The notes beneath the pieces were generated by a model. It ran no database searches. It was not told where the DNA came from and saw only the letters and a program-made list of their open reading frames with translations. A stretch of DNA of 64,000 nucleotides. Source: an uncultured Planctomycetaceae bacterium (GTDB taxonomy: Bacteria; Planctomycetota; Planctomycetia; Pirellulales; PALSA-1355). A program made the position numbers and the translations under genes. The DNA lies in NCBI GenBank assembly GCA_963828155.1, contig CAWHDQ010000012.1, positions 162,942-226,941 of the forward strand. The letters are read 5' to 3'. Positions 11,793 through 23,977 of the stretch are shown one piece after another; within the stretch, counting starts at the first letter, position 1, and each line of letters starts with the position of its first letter.

Positions 11793-14700
11793 CTAGCGAA
11801 TCGTGATGAAGTCGTTGTGATTGACCAGGGCGTGGACCAGGGCGGCCAGCGCAGCCGCCTCGGGTTGCGGGCGGCCAGCGGTCGCGCGCCGCGGCCGTGA
11901 GCCGGGCAAGGCCGTCGGTCGCCAGAGCCAGTTCCGCTTCGCTCGGCTCACAGGCCAGCACGGTCAGGAACGCAGCCCGGGCGAAATCGCGGTCCGAGGC
12001 GCGGGACTGGCCGCCGCGAGCCGCTCGGCGATTTTGCCGCCATCTGGGCCGCCAGCGGGCTATTCTCCAAGGCCAGGGCCTGCTGCGGCACGATGCTCTC
12101 GGCCCGGCGATAACAATCGAGCACGCTGGCGTCGTTGAACGTCTCCAGAAACTTCTGGTGCTCGTTGTGCGAATGGACGAAGTACAGGCTCCGCCGCCGC
12201 GAGCCCTCGTCGCCCACCGGAATCGAAGGCCCGCCAACCGTGGCGTCCAGCTCGCCGGCCAGGGCCAGCAAACTGTCGCGGACCACCTGGGCTTCCATCC
12301 GCAGCGAGTTGGCCCGCCAGTAAAACTGGTTCTCAGCGTCGCGGGCTAAATTCTCGGGCGCCGCGCCCGCCGCCGAGGAGCTCAGGGCGTAGGCCTCGGA
12401 CGTGACGATCAGCCGGTGCAGGTGCTTGAGGCTCCAGCCGTGCTCGACCAGCTCGACGGCCAGCCAATCGAGCAGCTCCGGATGGCTGGGGGTGCCCTTG
12501 AGGCCGAAGTCGAACACGGTCGGCACCAGCGGCCGGCCAAAGTGCCGCAGCCAGACGTGATTCACGGCCACCCGGGCCGGCAGCGGGTTGGCGGGATCGG
12601 TCAGCCAGCGGGCCAGGGCCGTGCGCCGGCCGGTGCTGGTCGTGGGGAACGGCTTGCGGCGTGAATCGTCGGTTTCGAGGTTCGACTCGGGCGTCTTGAG
12701 CGCGCCGGGCAGCGGCGTGAAGTTCTCGCCCGGCGTGTCGACGGCCTTGCGTGCCGCGTCGAGCGCGGCCTGCGCTTCGGCAAGTTTCTTTTCCGCGTCG
12801 GCCCGTTTGTCGGCCGCGGCCTTGGCAACCTCCAACTCGGCGTAGGCCACGCTTTCGGCCGCCGCGGCGACGGCCAAGGTGCGCTCGGCTTTGACGGCCG
12901 TCTGAGCCAGGGCCTGCTGCTGTTCCGCCGACGTGCCGTCGTAGTGCAGCTCGCTGGGCCGCGATCCGAGCCTGCAGGACGGCCGGCTGGAGATCGCTCT
13001 TGGCGAGGGCTCGTTCGTTCACCGCGACCCACAGCCGGGCCTGGAGGGCGCTTTGCGGCTTGTCGGCCGGGACGGTTTTGGCCCCGCTGAGGACCAGCCC
13101 GGCAGGCAAGTGCGCGGAGCTCGAAGGAAAGAAACTCGGCCGTGGCGTCGAAGGCCAGAATCTGCAGCGCCCCACGCCGCCGCGGCACCGGCAGCTCGTA
13201 AGCCACGGCCAGCTCGCCATCGACCAGCAAGTTGACCAGCGGCCCGCGCACGCGGAGCGTCAATTCGTACGGCCGGTTGAGCTCGATCGGCAGGCTCCGG
13301 GCAGCTTCGGCCGGATAGACGAAGTCGGCGCCCGCCTTGTAGCAGACTTGCGCCTTCGGCCCGCCGGCGTAGGCGCTGACGTAGCCCAGCGACTCGTGCG
13401 GATCGTCGCTGTCGAAGGCGATGCCGACCGACTTCCAGGTTTGCCCGCCGGTGGTGCGGAAGCGGAGCCGGGCCTCGAAATCGTCGGGCGGCGCCGCCTT
13501 CAGCCGCAGGGCCGCGCGGCTCGGCCCATCGGCGGTTTGCACCAGCCGGCCCTCGGCATAGACCGAGCGCCCGCCGACTTGCTGCCAAACGTCCGGCCGC
13601 TCGGCGGCAAAGTCGTCGCGCACGAGCGGCGGCGGCTCGGCCGGCGGTTTTTCTGCGGCCGGCTGGGCAGCCGTCTTGGCCGCCAATTCTTCCGCCGCCA
13701 CGGCCTGGGCCAGCTTCTCTCTGGCCGTGGCCAGCAACTGCCGATTGGCGGCGCTGGCTTCAGCGGCCGCCTTGAGGTGCGCCTCGAGCACGCCGGGCCG
13801 CAAACCGGGATCGTGCGCCGCGGGCGGCAGCGTCACGGGCTCGATGCGAAACGCGTCGGCGGCCAGGAACGCCGGCACGCCGGGCTCCAGCACCCGGCTC
13901 TTGTCCGGATTGCGGTCGTCGCCGCGGACGTGCAGGTACGTCGGCGCGTCGAGATTGCAGTCGAACACGCGCGGGATGCCGTCGTGCTCGAAATCCAGCT
14001 CGCCGCCGGCCATGTCGGCCCGCACCTGGTACGGCTCGAACACGGCCCGCAGCCGGTAGTAATCCTGCTGGGTGATCGGGTCGTACTTGTGGTCGTGGCA
14101 CTTCGTGCAATTGAACGTCAGGCCGAGCATCGCCTTGGACGTGTGCTCGATCGTTTCATCGAGCCAGGTCGTGCGATTGAAGCGAAAATACTGCCGGGCG
14201 AGAAAGCCGGTCGCCCGCAGCCGGTCGGCGTCCGTCGGATACAGCTCGTCGGCGGCGAGCATCTCGCGGAGCATCTGGTCGTAGGGCTTATCGGCGGCGA
14301 GCGACTCGATGATCCAATCGCGCCAGTGCCAGAGGTGCTTTTGCGAGTTGCGGACTTCGGCGCCCAGCCCCCACCAGTCGCTGATACGCGCCAGATGTCC
14401 ATCCAGTGCCGGGCCCAGCGCTCGGCATACTGCGGGCTGGCCAGCAGGCGCTCGACGATGGCGGCCCGGGCTTGCGGCGTGTCGTCGGCCGCCAGAGCAT
14501 CGAGCTCGGCCCGCGTCGGCGGCAGACCGATCAGGTCGAGGCTCACCCGGCGGAGCCAGATCCGCGGATCGGCCCGGTGCTGGGCGACCAGGCCCCGCCG
14601 CTCACGCTCGGCGGCGAGGAAACGCGTCGATCGGATTGCGGTTCCAGGCCGGATCAGCCGCTGTCGGTACGGCGGGTCGGACTGCCGGGCGGAATGCCCA

Positions 14701-15105
14701 GTGGTCGCGCGGGTCGCGGGCTGGCTGCTCGTCGGCGGGGGCCGTGGCTCCCTGGTCGATCCAGGCCCGAATCAGGGCGATCTGGTCGGCCGACAGCGGC
14801 TCGCCCTCGGGGGGCATCCGCTCTGCGAGATCGGTCGCGGTGATCTTGGCGACCAGCAGGCTTTGGCCGCTCTGGGCCGGCTCGATCGCCGCACCGCTCT
14901 CGCCGCCGCGCCGGGCCGACGCCGCCGTATCGAGCCGCAAGGCGGCCTCGCGCTTGAGCGGGCCGTGGCAGGCGTAGCACCGGGCCTGCAGGACCGGCTT
15001 GATCTGGCGGAGGTAGTCGACCTCGGCCCCCGTCGCCAGCTGCGCGGCGCAGGACAGCAGGGCGCTCCAGGAGCGTCGCCTGCCGAAAGATTCCGCCGTT
15101 GGCAC
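11793..15105 (-). CDS. PSCyt1 + DUF1549/DUF1553 (PSCyt2/PSD1) planctomycete cytochrome c protein, multiple frameshifts
   Basis: CYACHG, HWAF.P, NPIDAF, ERWARHWMD, CTKCHDHKYDPI, PSHPELLDWLA and PQQALAL. C-terminus HNDFITIR*. Upstream of DUF1501. Confidence 0.9.
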
Positions 15106-15368
15106 GGTGCATCGCAATTCCCGGCAATCGATCGTGAGCCCTTCTGCGGCACTCGCGCGTGCCTGGAGCCGGTCCGACAAATCCAGCCCATCCAGCGCGC
15201 CTGTCCATTGTCGGCCGGGAGCTGGTCATCCGCAAGGTTTTCGCCCGGCCGCACCCTGGGGGCGGGCGGCAGCAGGCTGGGCCGTTGATTGTGGCAGTCG
15301 GAAATCCATGTTCCAATCAGAGCTGCTGAAAACCGCCTACTTGCCTGTCCCACCGCCGGAGTTCCCCG

Positions 15369-17440
15369 ATGCGCACGTCTCCGATCGTTCTGGCACTGCT
15401 GCTGGCATTTTGCTGCGGTCTGGCCCGGGCCGACGAATACGAATTCGACGACGATGATGCGGCCGGTCCGCCGGTGGCCGAAGAGAGCGTTCCCGACGGC
15501 GGGGCGCCGCCGAACGTGTTCGATCTGTCGCGGGCCGCGTTTGCCGAGCAGGCGGTGCTGACGCTGTTCGCCCGCAAGCAATACGACCAGGCGGCCCAGC
15601 TGCTGGAGCGGGCGCTGTACAGCGCAATCCTGCGCAACGCGACGACGCAGTACAACCTGGCGTGCGCCCTGGCCCGGTTGGGCAAGACCGACGAAGCCCT
15701 CGGGCGGCTGCAAAAGGCGATCGAATACGGCTTTCGCGATGCGGCCCACCTGAAGGTCGACGACGACCTGGCCAGCTTGCGCGGCGAAGCCCGGTTCAAG
15801 GAGCTGGTCAAGCAGGCGGCCGAGGCCAAGCCGGTCGAGCCGCCCGCGGCCGCAGCCCCCCGCCCCGGCGGCGTTCAAGGACGGGCAGGGGCTGGTCTCG
15901 GCCGACAATACGGCCTACGACCCGCGGATCAATCTGTTTCTGTCGGCCTTCAAGATCGCGCCGGCCGACACGGCCGACAAGCCGATCGTCGAAGGCTATG
16001 GCAAGGCCGGCGAGCTGCTCGGCCAATGGGCCGCCGAAGGCACCGCGGCCGGCAATCACGGCGATCTGTACGACAACCGCGACCGCGGCCACTCATTCAT
16101 GAACTTCAAGAACTTTCCGCAGCTCACCCGGGTGATCTATAGCGACGACGTGCAGAAGCGGCACCTCGATTGGGGGCTGCAGCGCCGGTTCACCTACAAC
16201 GGCGTCTGCATCGGCAACTCGTCGACCGCCCAGACGCAGGGCCCTTTTTGCGCTGCAACGGCCGGATGGCCCAGACCGATCCGGGCGTGGCCCTGCTGCA
16301 ATACTTGCAGTACGTCAACCGGCATCTGTACGTGTATCCGGTCCACGTCGACAACAATCCCGGCCACAACGGGGCCGACGGCCAAGGCCACGGCGACGTG
16401 GTGCCGGCCAACACGCCCTATCTGATCCTGTCGCAGGGCTCGTCGGGCTCGGACATCGTGTTTCTCGATGCCCTGGTCGCCACGCTGGCGGCCTTTCGCC
16501 CCGAGGTGAAGCGCGAGCTGGCGGCCAGCGGCACCCTGCGCCGACGCTGCAGATGATTTTTCGCCAGAGCAACAAGACGGTCGAGAAGCCCGAGGATTAT
16601 CTGACCGGCAAGGCCCATCCCACGGCTTTCGAGGGGAGCGCGGTCGACGCGGAGAAGATGGTCACGCTGGCCCACAGCATCACGCCCGACGTGCTGCCGC
16701 CGATCGTGGCCCTGCGGATCGTCGAGGAGGACCGGCCGGTGGTGGGCCGCGACTATTTCGACATCGGCCCGCGCGAGCATTTGCTCGACACGCCGTCGGC
16801 GATCGCCCGGGTATGCAAATCGAGCGCGTACACTCGGCGGATCGTGCTTGCCGCCGATGCCAGCAAAGACCTCCGCTCGCGTCCGCTCACCTTTCGCTGG
16901 GTGCTGCTCCGCGGCGACGCCGACCGGGTGCGGATCAAGCCGCTCGACGACGCCGGCACCCAGGCCGAGTTGCAGATCGACTATCAACCCCGGCGGCCGA
17001 TCGCGCCGGGAGCGGAGCGGGAGTCGAACCGGGTCGACATCGGCGTGTTTGCCCATAACGGCGTGTACTACTCGGCTCCGGCGTTCGTCTGCTATTACAC
17101 GCTCGACAACGAAAAACGGGAGTACGACGAGCAGCAGCGGATTCGCGTGGTCGACTACACCGATCCCGACACGCGCAACAACTACGTCGACCCGATGCTC
17201 GACATGCGCAAAGACTGGCGCGACGAATACCGCTACGCCGACGACGGCACGCCGCTCGGCTGGACCCGCAAGCGCGGCGACAAGACCGAAGCATTCACGG
17301 CCGCCGGCGACCTGATCCTGGAAAAGGACGGCGACGGCCGGGCGACCCGAACGGCCGCCGTGCGCTACGTGCCGGCGCCGGGACCCGACGGAACGCAGGT
17401 CATCAAGCAGGAGCTGGTCGAAGCGGAAGCGGCGAAGTGA
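15369..17440 (+). CDS. Secreted TPR-containing hypothetical protein, about three frameshifts
   Basis: Signal peptide and TPR (YNLACALARLGKTDEAL). Continues through ORF pieces near 16099, 16170 and 16553..17440. Confidence 0.7.
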
Positions 17441-17474
17441 CAATCGCGGGCCTGAAAAGTCCCAGCGATGCCCT

Positions 17475-17699
17475 GGCCTGAAGGGCCCCAGGAATTTAGC
17501 CCAGGGTTGAGCGTCCTCGCGAAACCCTGGGATCCGAGTTGGCCGTGTCCATTTGCTCCCTGAAGGGGAGCTGGAGGCGTAGCGGCACGCCCAGTCTCCG
17601 CCACCCTTTCAGGGTGGATGTGATCTGGTCGGTGCTCGCCGACCCGGGGTTTCGCGAGGACGCTCAACCCCGGGCTATTCTCCTTGGGCCCGTTGGGCC
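17475..17699. repeat. Intergenic REP/BIME-like palindromic element
   Basis: 35-bp inverted arms 17497..17531 and 17643..17677 (2 mismatches), degenerate outer arms, inner ccctgaagggg/ccctttcaggg pair. Confidence 0.85.
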
Positions 17700-17829
17700 C
17701 GATCGAGACTGCCAGGCCGCTAATAGCGTTGTTTTCCGGCGGCGGTGTCGGCATACTCGCAGTGTGCCGCCGGGGAAATCTGTCCTACCGAGCCGGCGAC
17801 ACCGAAATGAATTCCTCTTCGAGCCCACC

Positions 17830-19745
17830 ATGACGAACACCCTGCACCGCCGATTCAATCTTTCGATCCGATTTGGAACGCTCGTCGCACTGGCGGTCGG
17901 CGGACTTCTGTCACTCCCCTCCGCCCGCGCGGCCGAGCCTGTCGTCGACCAGGCGTACCTCCGCGAGCATTACACGAAATACGAACACCAGATCACGATG
18001 CGCGACGGCATCCGGCTGTTCACGGCCGTCTATGCGCCCAAGGACACGTCGGCGGCCTGGCCGATCCTGCTGACCCGCACGCCGTATAGCGTGAAGCCGT
18101 ACGGCGTGGATCAGTATCCCACGCCGCGCGGGCCGATGGCCAACTATGCCAAGGAGAACTTCATCTTCGTGCTGCAGGACGTCCGCGGGCATGCGGCTCG
18201 GAGGGGGAGTTCAGCCACATCCGGCCGCACAACCCGGCCAAGGCCGGCCCGCACGACATCGACGAAAGCACCGACTGCTACGACACGATCGACTGGCTGG
18301 TCAAGCACGTGCCGAACAACAACGGCCGCGTCGGGATGATGGGCATTTCGTATCCCGGCTTTTATACCTCGGCCGGGATGATCGATTCGCACCCGGCGCT
18401 GAAGTGCGCCTCGCCGCAGGCGCCGGTCGCCGACTGGTTCGTGGGGGACGACTTCCACCACAACGGCGCGTTCTACCTGCCGCACGCGTTCCACTGGCTG
18501 TCGTTCTTCGGCCAGACGCTGGAAGACCCGACCCGCGAGCCGCCGAGAGTGTTCGATTATAAGACGCCCGACGGCTACGACTTCTACCTGCGGACCGGGC
18601 CGCTCTCGAACGTCGAAGCCAAGCACTTCAAAGGCCGGATCACGTTCTGGAAAGAGCTGATGGAGCACGGCACGTATGACGAGTTCTGGCAATCGCGCAA
18701 CCTGCGCCCGCACCTGAAGAACATCAAGGCGGCCGTGCTGACCGTGGGGGGCTGGTTCGACGCCGAGGACCTGTTCGGCACGCTCGAGACCTATCGCGAG
18801 GTCGAGCGGCAGAACCCGGGCATCGTCAACGCCCTGGTCATGGGCCCCTGGGCTCACGGTACCTGGTCGATGGACCCGGGCGACCACCTGGGCAACGTCT
18901 GGTTCAATGCCAAGACGGGCGACTTCTACCGCGAGAACATCGAGCTGCCGTTCCTCAAGAAGTTTCTCAAGGACGATCAAAACGTGACCCTGCCCGAGGC
19001 CCATGTCTTCGAGACCGGCACCAACCAGTGGCGGCAGTACAACAGCTGGCCGCCGGCCGCGGCCCAGCCGGCCACGCTCTATTTCCAGGCCGACGGCCGG
19101 TTGTCGTTCGATCCGCCGGGCGAAGCGGCCAGCGACTACGACGAGTATGTCAGCGATCCGGCCAAGCCGGTGCCGGCGACCGGCAACGTCGTATCCGGAA
19201 TGTCGAAGGAGCACATGCTCGACGATCAGCGGTTTGCCACCTCGCGGCCGGACGTGCTGGTCTACCAGACCGATGTGCTGGATCGGGACGTGACGATCGC
19301 GGGCCCCTTGCGGCCGAAGCTGGTGGTTTCGACGAGCGGCACCGACAGCGATTTCGTGGTCAAGCTGATCGACGTCTACTCGGGCGATTTCCCGAATCCC
19401 AAGGACGCCCCGCCCACGCTGCAGATGGGCGGCTACCAGCAACTGGTCCGGGCCGAGTGCATGCGGGGCAAGTTCCGCAACAGCTACGAAAAGCCCGAGC
19501 CGTTCGAGCCCGGCCAGCCGACCAAGATCGACTACACGATGCCCGACGTCTATCACACGTTCCGCCGCGGGCATCGGATCATGATTCACGTGCAGAGCTC
19601 GTGGTTTCCGGTGGTCGACCGCAACCCGCAGAAGTTTTGCGACATCTATCAGGCCCAACCCGAGGATTTTCAAAAAGCCACGCAGCGGGTGTATCGCACG
19701 AGCGGAGCCAGCTCGCAATTGGGCGTGATGGTGCTGGCGCCGTAG
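17830..19745 (+). CDS. CocE/NonD family hydrolase (alpha-amino acid ester hydrolase-like), frameshift near 18195
   Basis: Signal peptide, ITMRDGIRL, LTRTPY, QDVRG, nucleophile GISYPG, GWFDAED, GPWAHG and QSSWFP. Confidence 0.92.
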
Positions 19746-19829
19746 TCGGCCGGACACGGGGCCGGGCGTGATGGCGCCCGGGCGTTCGGCCTGCGGCACT
19801 GGGCCAAACAGCTCGGGCGGTCGCTGTTT

Positions 19830-20957
19830 ATGAGTGCAGACCATTCGCCAAATCCGGACCAGGAACCGCCCGGCGAGGACGAAGGCCGCCTGCGGGCGGA
19901 GCTCCGCCTGCCAACGGCTATTGTCCTGACATTTGCCGGGATCGTGCTGCCGGCAATCTGTTTTTCAATGGGCTTTCCCGAAACGCCAACCTGGCAGTCG
20001 GGGCAGCGGACAGCGTATGCCGAACTGCTCTTGTCGCGCAAGGCTTCGCTGCCGATGGTTCCGTTGCTCGGCTGCTGCATGATTTCGCTCGGGCTCGCAG
20101 TTTGGCGACCCGTGCGGTGGCGCGACCATCCGCTGGTGCGACTCGGCGTTTTCTCCGGCGTCGTGCTCGCCGGTGAATACTGGCTGGTCTTTGCGGCTGC
20201 CTTGGTCGAGCCGGGAGCAATGCTGCTGATAACTGCCGGCGCCGCGGTGGGAGCTGTGATCATTTGGGGAGCATTGTGGATCGCCGCTGCCTTGTTCCGC
20301 TATCATCTGCTGGCATTTGCGTTGTACATCGCCGTGGCGGTGTTTGGGGTGCCGTACGCGGGAGTGGCCTCGCTCTTTTTCGCGACTAGCTGGGCGCTGG
20401 CCGCGTACGGTTACGTGGCCTGGGGGCTGACGAGGCACCGCAATGGCGAGCGGCTGCGGTTCGGCCTGGCCCAGCTGCTGGCTTGGACGGCGGCGCTGGC
20501 GGCCAACTTTGCGTCCTGGCGGCTGGCGTATCTGTCGATGCTCGAGCAATATGCCGCCCTGCCGACGACCCAGCCGACCGGGTGCTTCGTTTGCACGGCG
20601 GCCGCGACGGGACATTCGCGGCTGGTCGGCTGCGAGTGTTTCTTGGACGCCGGCGGCAGGACGCTGCGCGTGAACGATCAGCTTCGCACGCTGAAAGCGT
20701 TCGAGCTGTTGCTGATGTGCCTCGTGCCCCGAGGCCATCGCCGCTTGCGGTGGGTTTACGATCGCGTCGGCCCACGGGCGGCCGCCCTGCTCTGCACGCC
20801 GCTCTTGGCCGATTTCGGGTATCTGGCCCTCAAGCCGGCGGAGTGGCTGGCTTGGCTGACGCTGCGGCTGGCGATGGGGCGCCATGCAGGCGCCGTGGGA
20901 CTCCTGTATCGTCGGGCCGGTCACCTGGCCGCTGCTAGCAAGCCGCGAAAGGGTTGA
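19830..20957 (+). CDS. Multi-pass membrane protein, DUF6688-like
   Basis: Several TM helices, then GCFVCTAAATGH...VNDQLRTLKAFE...YDRVGP. Confidence 0.65.
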   Translation: MSADHSPNPDQEPPGEDEGRLRAELRLPTAIVLTFAGIVLPAICFSMGFPETPTWQSGQRTAYAELLLSRKASLPMVPLLGCCMISLGLAVWRPVRWRDHPLVRLGVFSGVVLAGEYWLVFAAALVEPGAMLLITAGAAVGAVIIWGALWIAAALFRYHLLAFALYIAVAVFGVPYAGVASLFFATSWALAAYGYVAWGLTRHRNGERLRFGLAQLLAWTAALAANFASWRLAYLSMLEQYAALPTTQPTGCFVCTAAATGHSRLVGCECFLDAGGRTLRVNDQLRTLKAFELLLMCLVPRGHRRLRWVYDRVGPRAAALLCTPLLADFGYLALKPAEWLAWLTLRLAMGRHAGAVGLLYRRAGHLAAASKPRKG

Positions 20958-21172
20958 CCGTCCGGCATTTGGGGCCGCTTGCGTCCAATCGAGACCCCGG
21001 ACAAAGCGCCCTCCGCGACCGGCCGGCATTCCGCTATACTCCCGCCCCATTTCCGGCTTATCGATTCTTTCGCGCCGTGCGCTGCCCCGCGCCGATCGCT
21101 CCAACCGTGGGCAATCGGCCTCATCGCGAGCGGCAGCGCAAGCGGGCAAACCTTCGACGGAGAAATCGGCAC

Positions 21173-22618
21173 ATGCACCGCAAGCTTTCGCTCGCTGCGA
21201 CCCTCTGCACCCTGGCGCTGCTCGGCGCTGCCGCCGCCACCGCGGCCGACTCGCGCCCGCTGACCACGGCCGAAGCCTATCAAAGCTGGACGGCCTGGTA
21301 TCGGCTCGACGGCTCACGCCCGGCCGATCCCAATGGCCCGCGCTACCGGCAGCTTTTGGACGCCGCCGACGGAGCAGACTTCTTCGTTCAGGGCCTGACC
21401 GATGCGAGTCCGCAGGTCCGCGAGCTCTCGAAGCAAGCCCTGCTGCAATTGCCGCTGGACGAATGCGTTGGCTTTGCGCTCTCTGAGCTTCGCATGCACA
21501 CGCGCGACAAGCAGGTGGAACAGGCGATTACGGAGGTTTTCCCGCGCACGCCTCTGGGCCAGTTCATCGCCCAGCGAGCCGCGCGCGAGCCCGGCACCGA
21601 CACCGACGCCGCCATCCTGCGATCGGCCAAGGACGCCTGGCAAATCCCCTTCGGCGGTCTCGTCCGGTTGGCACTTCGTGAAGAGTGCAGTGCCCGCGAG
21701 GAGGCGGCAGAAGTTTTCTGCGGGCCCGCCTACGATGATCTGACTGCTCGGATCTCGGAATTGCAGTCGTTTCTTTTTTGCCCGAATGTCAATTCCGCCG
21801 ACTGGCCTGAGGTGGCCGATGCCCTGGCCCGGGCCGAAGCGCTCCGGTCAAGCCGCGACGCAGCGCAGAAACTGTTGGCCTGGCTCGATCAGACAGCCAC
21901 GGTGCCCGTCGTCGAATCGACGGGTGCGACGATTGAAACGGTCCGGAGATCGCTTCGTGAGCACGCCCCGAAAAGCGAGCCCGCGGTTCGTGAGGTAGCG
22001 GCACGCACGGAGTCGTCGCTTCCGCTGCACTGCGTGGGCGTCGAACTCGAGCAATCCGAGCTGTCTCGACCCCAGAATGCCGAAATCGGCGCTTCGCTCG
22101 TGCGCACTGGCGGCAGGAAGTACGGCGTGGTCGCCCCCGAGCCACTAGAAATCGCCATCGAGCGGTTGCGCGAACCACTGCCGTTGCTTTGGACCCCTGC
22201 GCACGTTGACATGCGGCAGGCCCTGCCGCCCGGCACGTACAAGCTGCTGCTCACGTTCGAGCGGCTGGCGCGGCCCAGCTTGGAAATCGCTTCGCTGGCA
22301 CTCAGGGAGACAAGCGTAGCCGCCGTGGTATTTCGGGTGAAAGCCGCCTCGGACAACGCGGCCGCAACGAGCAATCTGCTTGACGCGCGGTCGACAGATG
22401 GCGACCCCGAATGGGAAATCCTCCGAGTCGCCGTTTCCGGCTCAGGTTTGCCGGACGAGGATTTGTGTGCGCCGTCACCCTATACGCTCATCCTCCGCGC
22501 TTGTGGAGAGTACCGCACGCCCACCTGGGTCGGCGTCAGTGCCGCTAACATTCCCGAGGCGTGTATCGACGCTCCGCTGCCGGAGTGGGTGAACTTCTCG
22601 ATGTCGACGGCACGCTAG
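21173..22618 (+). CDS. Secreted hypothetical protein
   Basis: Long open frame with signal peptide MHRKLSLAATLCTLALLGAAAATA; GGAG upstream. Confidence 0.65.
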   Translation: MHRKLSLAATLCTLALLGAAAATAADSRPLTTAEAYQSWTAWYRLDGSRPADPNGPRYRQLLDAADGADFFVQGLTDASPQVRELSKQALLQLPLDECVGFALSELRMHTRDKQVEQAITEVFPRTPLGQFIAQRAAREPGTDTDAAILRSAKDAWQIPFGGLVRLALREECSAREEAAEVFCGPAYDDLTARISELQSFLFCPNVNSADWPEVADALARAEALRSSRDAAQKLLAWLDQTATVPVVESTGATIETVRRSLREHAPKSEPAVREVAARTESSLPLHCVGVELEQSELSRPQNAEIGASLVRTGGRKYGVVAPEPLEIAIERLREPLPLLWTPAHVDMRQALPPGTYKLLLTFERLARPSLEIASLALRETSVAAVVFRVKAASDNAAATSNLLDARSTDGDPEWEILRVAVSGSGLPDEDLCAPSPYTLILRACGEYRTPTWVGVSAANIPEACIDAPLPEWVNFSMSTAR

Positions 22619-22643
22619 GGCGAGACTTGCCCGCTCGATCTTT

Positions 22644-22683
22644 CATCTGCGGTCATCCGCGTCCATCCGTGTTCATCTGCGGT
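22644..22683. repeat. Four imperfect 10-bp tandem repeats
   Basis: catctgcggt catccgcgtc catccgtgtt catctgcggt, between convergent genes. Confidence 0.8.
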
Positions 22684-22744
22684 GAACTGCCGGCTTGGAC
22701 TCAAGCAAGAGGACACCGTCCGCGTGCGGGCCGCCGCGCACGCG

Positions 22745-23863
22745 TCACCCGCCGCCATAGCGTTTGACCGCGTCCCAATCGAGCTCGATGCCCAGCCCCG
22801 GCCCGGTCGGGATCGCCAGCAGGCCGTCGGCATCGAGCTTGAATGGCTGGGTCAGGATTTCTTCGATGTACGGCACTCCGGTCTGAAACTCGACCCAGCG
22901 GGCGACCGGCATCGCGGCCGACAGAGCCAGATCGGCCGCCACGCCCACGGCCGTGTTCCAGCCGTGCGGCACCAGCAGCACACCGAAGTCCGCGGCTAGC
23001 CAGGCCAGCCGCCGGGCTTCGCTCAGGCCGCCGCACTTGGTCACGTCGGGCTGGATGATGTCGACGGCCCGGCCGGCGATGAACGGCTGAAACGCCTGCC
23101 GTCGGGTCAGGACTTCGCCGGTAGCGATCAGCACGGGCGAAGCGGCCCGCAGCTCGCGAAAGCCCTCGACGTCGTCGGGCTTGAGGGCTTCTTCGAACCA
23201 GACGACGCCGTAGTCGCCGAGCATCTTGGCGGTCTCGCGAGCCCAGCACACGCCGTGCGGCCAGAACTGCTCGCTGCCGCCGGCATCGACCATCAGCTCG
23301 ACCTCTTCGCCCACGGTTTGTCGGGCGGTGCGGATCAGCACCTCGTCGTATTGCCGGCTGACGCGGCCAAAGGGGCGCCAGCCCAGCTTGATGGCACGAA
23401 AGCCGCGCGCGACCTGCTGCTCGAGCGCCGCGGCCAGCGGGGCCGGCTCGTCGAACAGGATCGAGGCATAAGGCTTGATCCGCTCGCGGTAGCAGCCGCC
23501 CAAGAGCCGCCCGACGCTCACGCCCAGGGCCCGGCCCCACAGGTCCCAGAGGGCAATGTCGAGTCCGCTGATCGTGTGCTCGACGGCCCCGCCGCGGCCG
23601 AGCCAGAACATCGACTGGCGGAGCTTTTCGCTGACCCGCTCGGGCTCTTCGCCGCTCTCGCCGATCAGCAGCGGGCGGAGCAATTCGAGCGAGCCTTCGA
23701 CCAGCGTCCGCGTGGTATAGCAACTGCCCAGGCCGACCGGGCCCTCGTCGCTGCGGATCAGGACCAGCGTGTTGTACTGGACGTTGGGGTCGGTGCCGCC
23801 GGGCCAGCCGTGGTCGTGGGTGGCGCCGCCCAGCGAGATGACCTGAATTTCTGCGATCCGCAC
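22745..23863 (-). CDS. Mandelate racemase/muconate lactonizing enzyme family protein
   Basis: ISGLDIALWDLWG, FRAIKLG, MVDAG, WFEEAL, TGE, QPD and PHGWN. GTG start (VRIAEIQ). Confidence 0.92.
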   Translation of the reverse strand: MRIAEIQVISLGGATHDHGWPGGTDPNVQYNTLVLIRSDEGPVGLGSCYTTRTLVEGSLELLRPLLIGESGEEPERVSEKLRQSMFWLGRGGAVEHTISGLDIALWDLWGRALGVSVGRLLGGCYRERIKPYASILFDEPAPLAAALEQQVARGFRAIKLGWRPFGRVSRQYDEVLIRTARQTVGEEVELMVDAGGSEQFWPHGVCWARETAKMLGDYGVVWFEEALKPDDVEGFRELRAASPVLIATGEVLTRRQAFQPFIAGRAVDIIQPDVTKCGGLSEARRLAWLAADFGVLLVPHGWNTAVGVAADLALSAAMPVARWVEFQTGVPYIEEILTQPFKLDADGLLAIPTGPGLGIELDWDAVKRYGGG

Positions 23864-23977
23864 TGCTTGATCTCCGCCGCAACCAGGTGGGATACTTTCG
23901 GTCACGCCAGTGTAGCAGGCGTGAGGCCTCGCGACGCAACCTCCCCCTCGTGCCGCTTGCCGGAAAGATCCCCGCCC

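Noticed and set aside
22644..22683. Possible CRISPR array, also considered for the 37344 and 43074 repeats
   Set aside because: No repeat-spacer periodicity, units too short or too far apart, and no cas genes.
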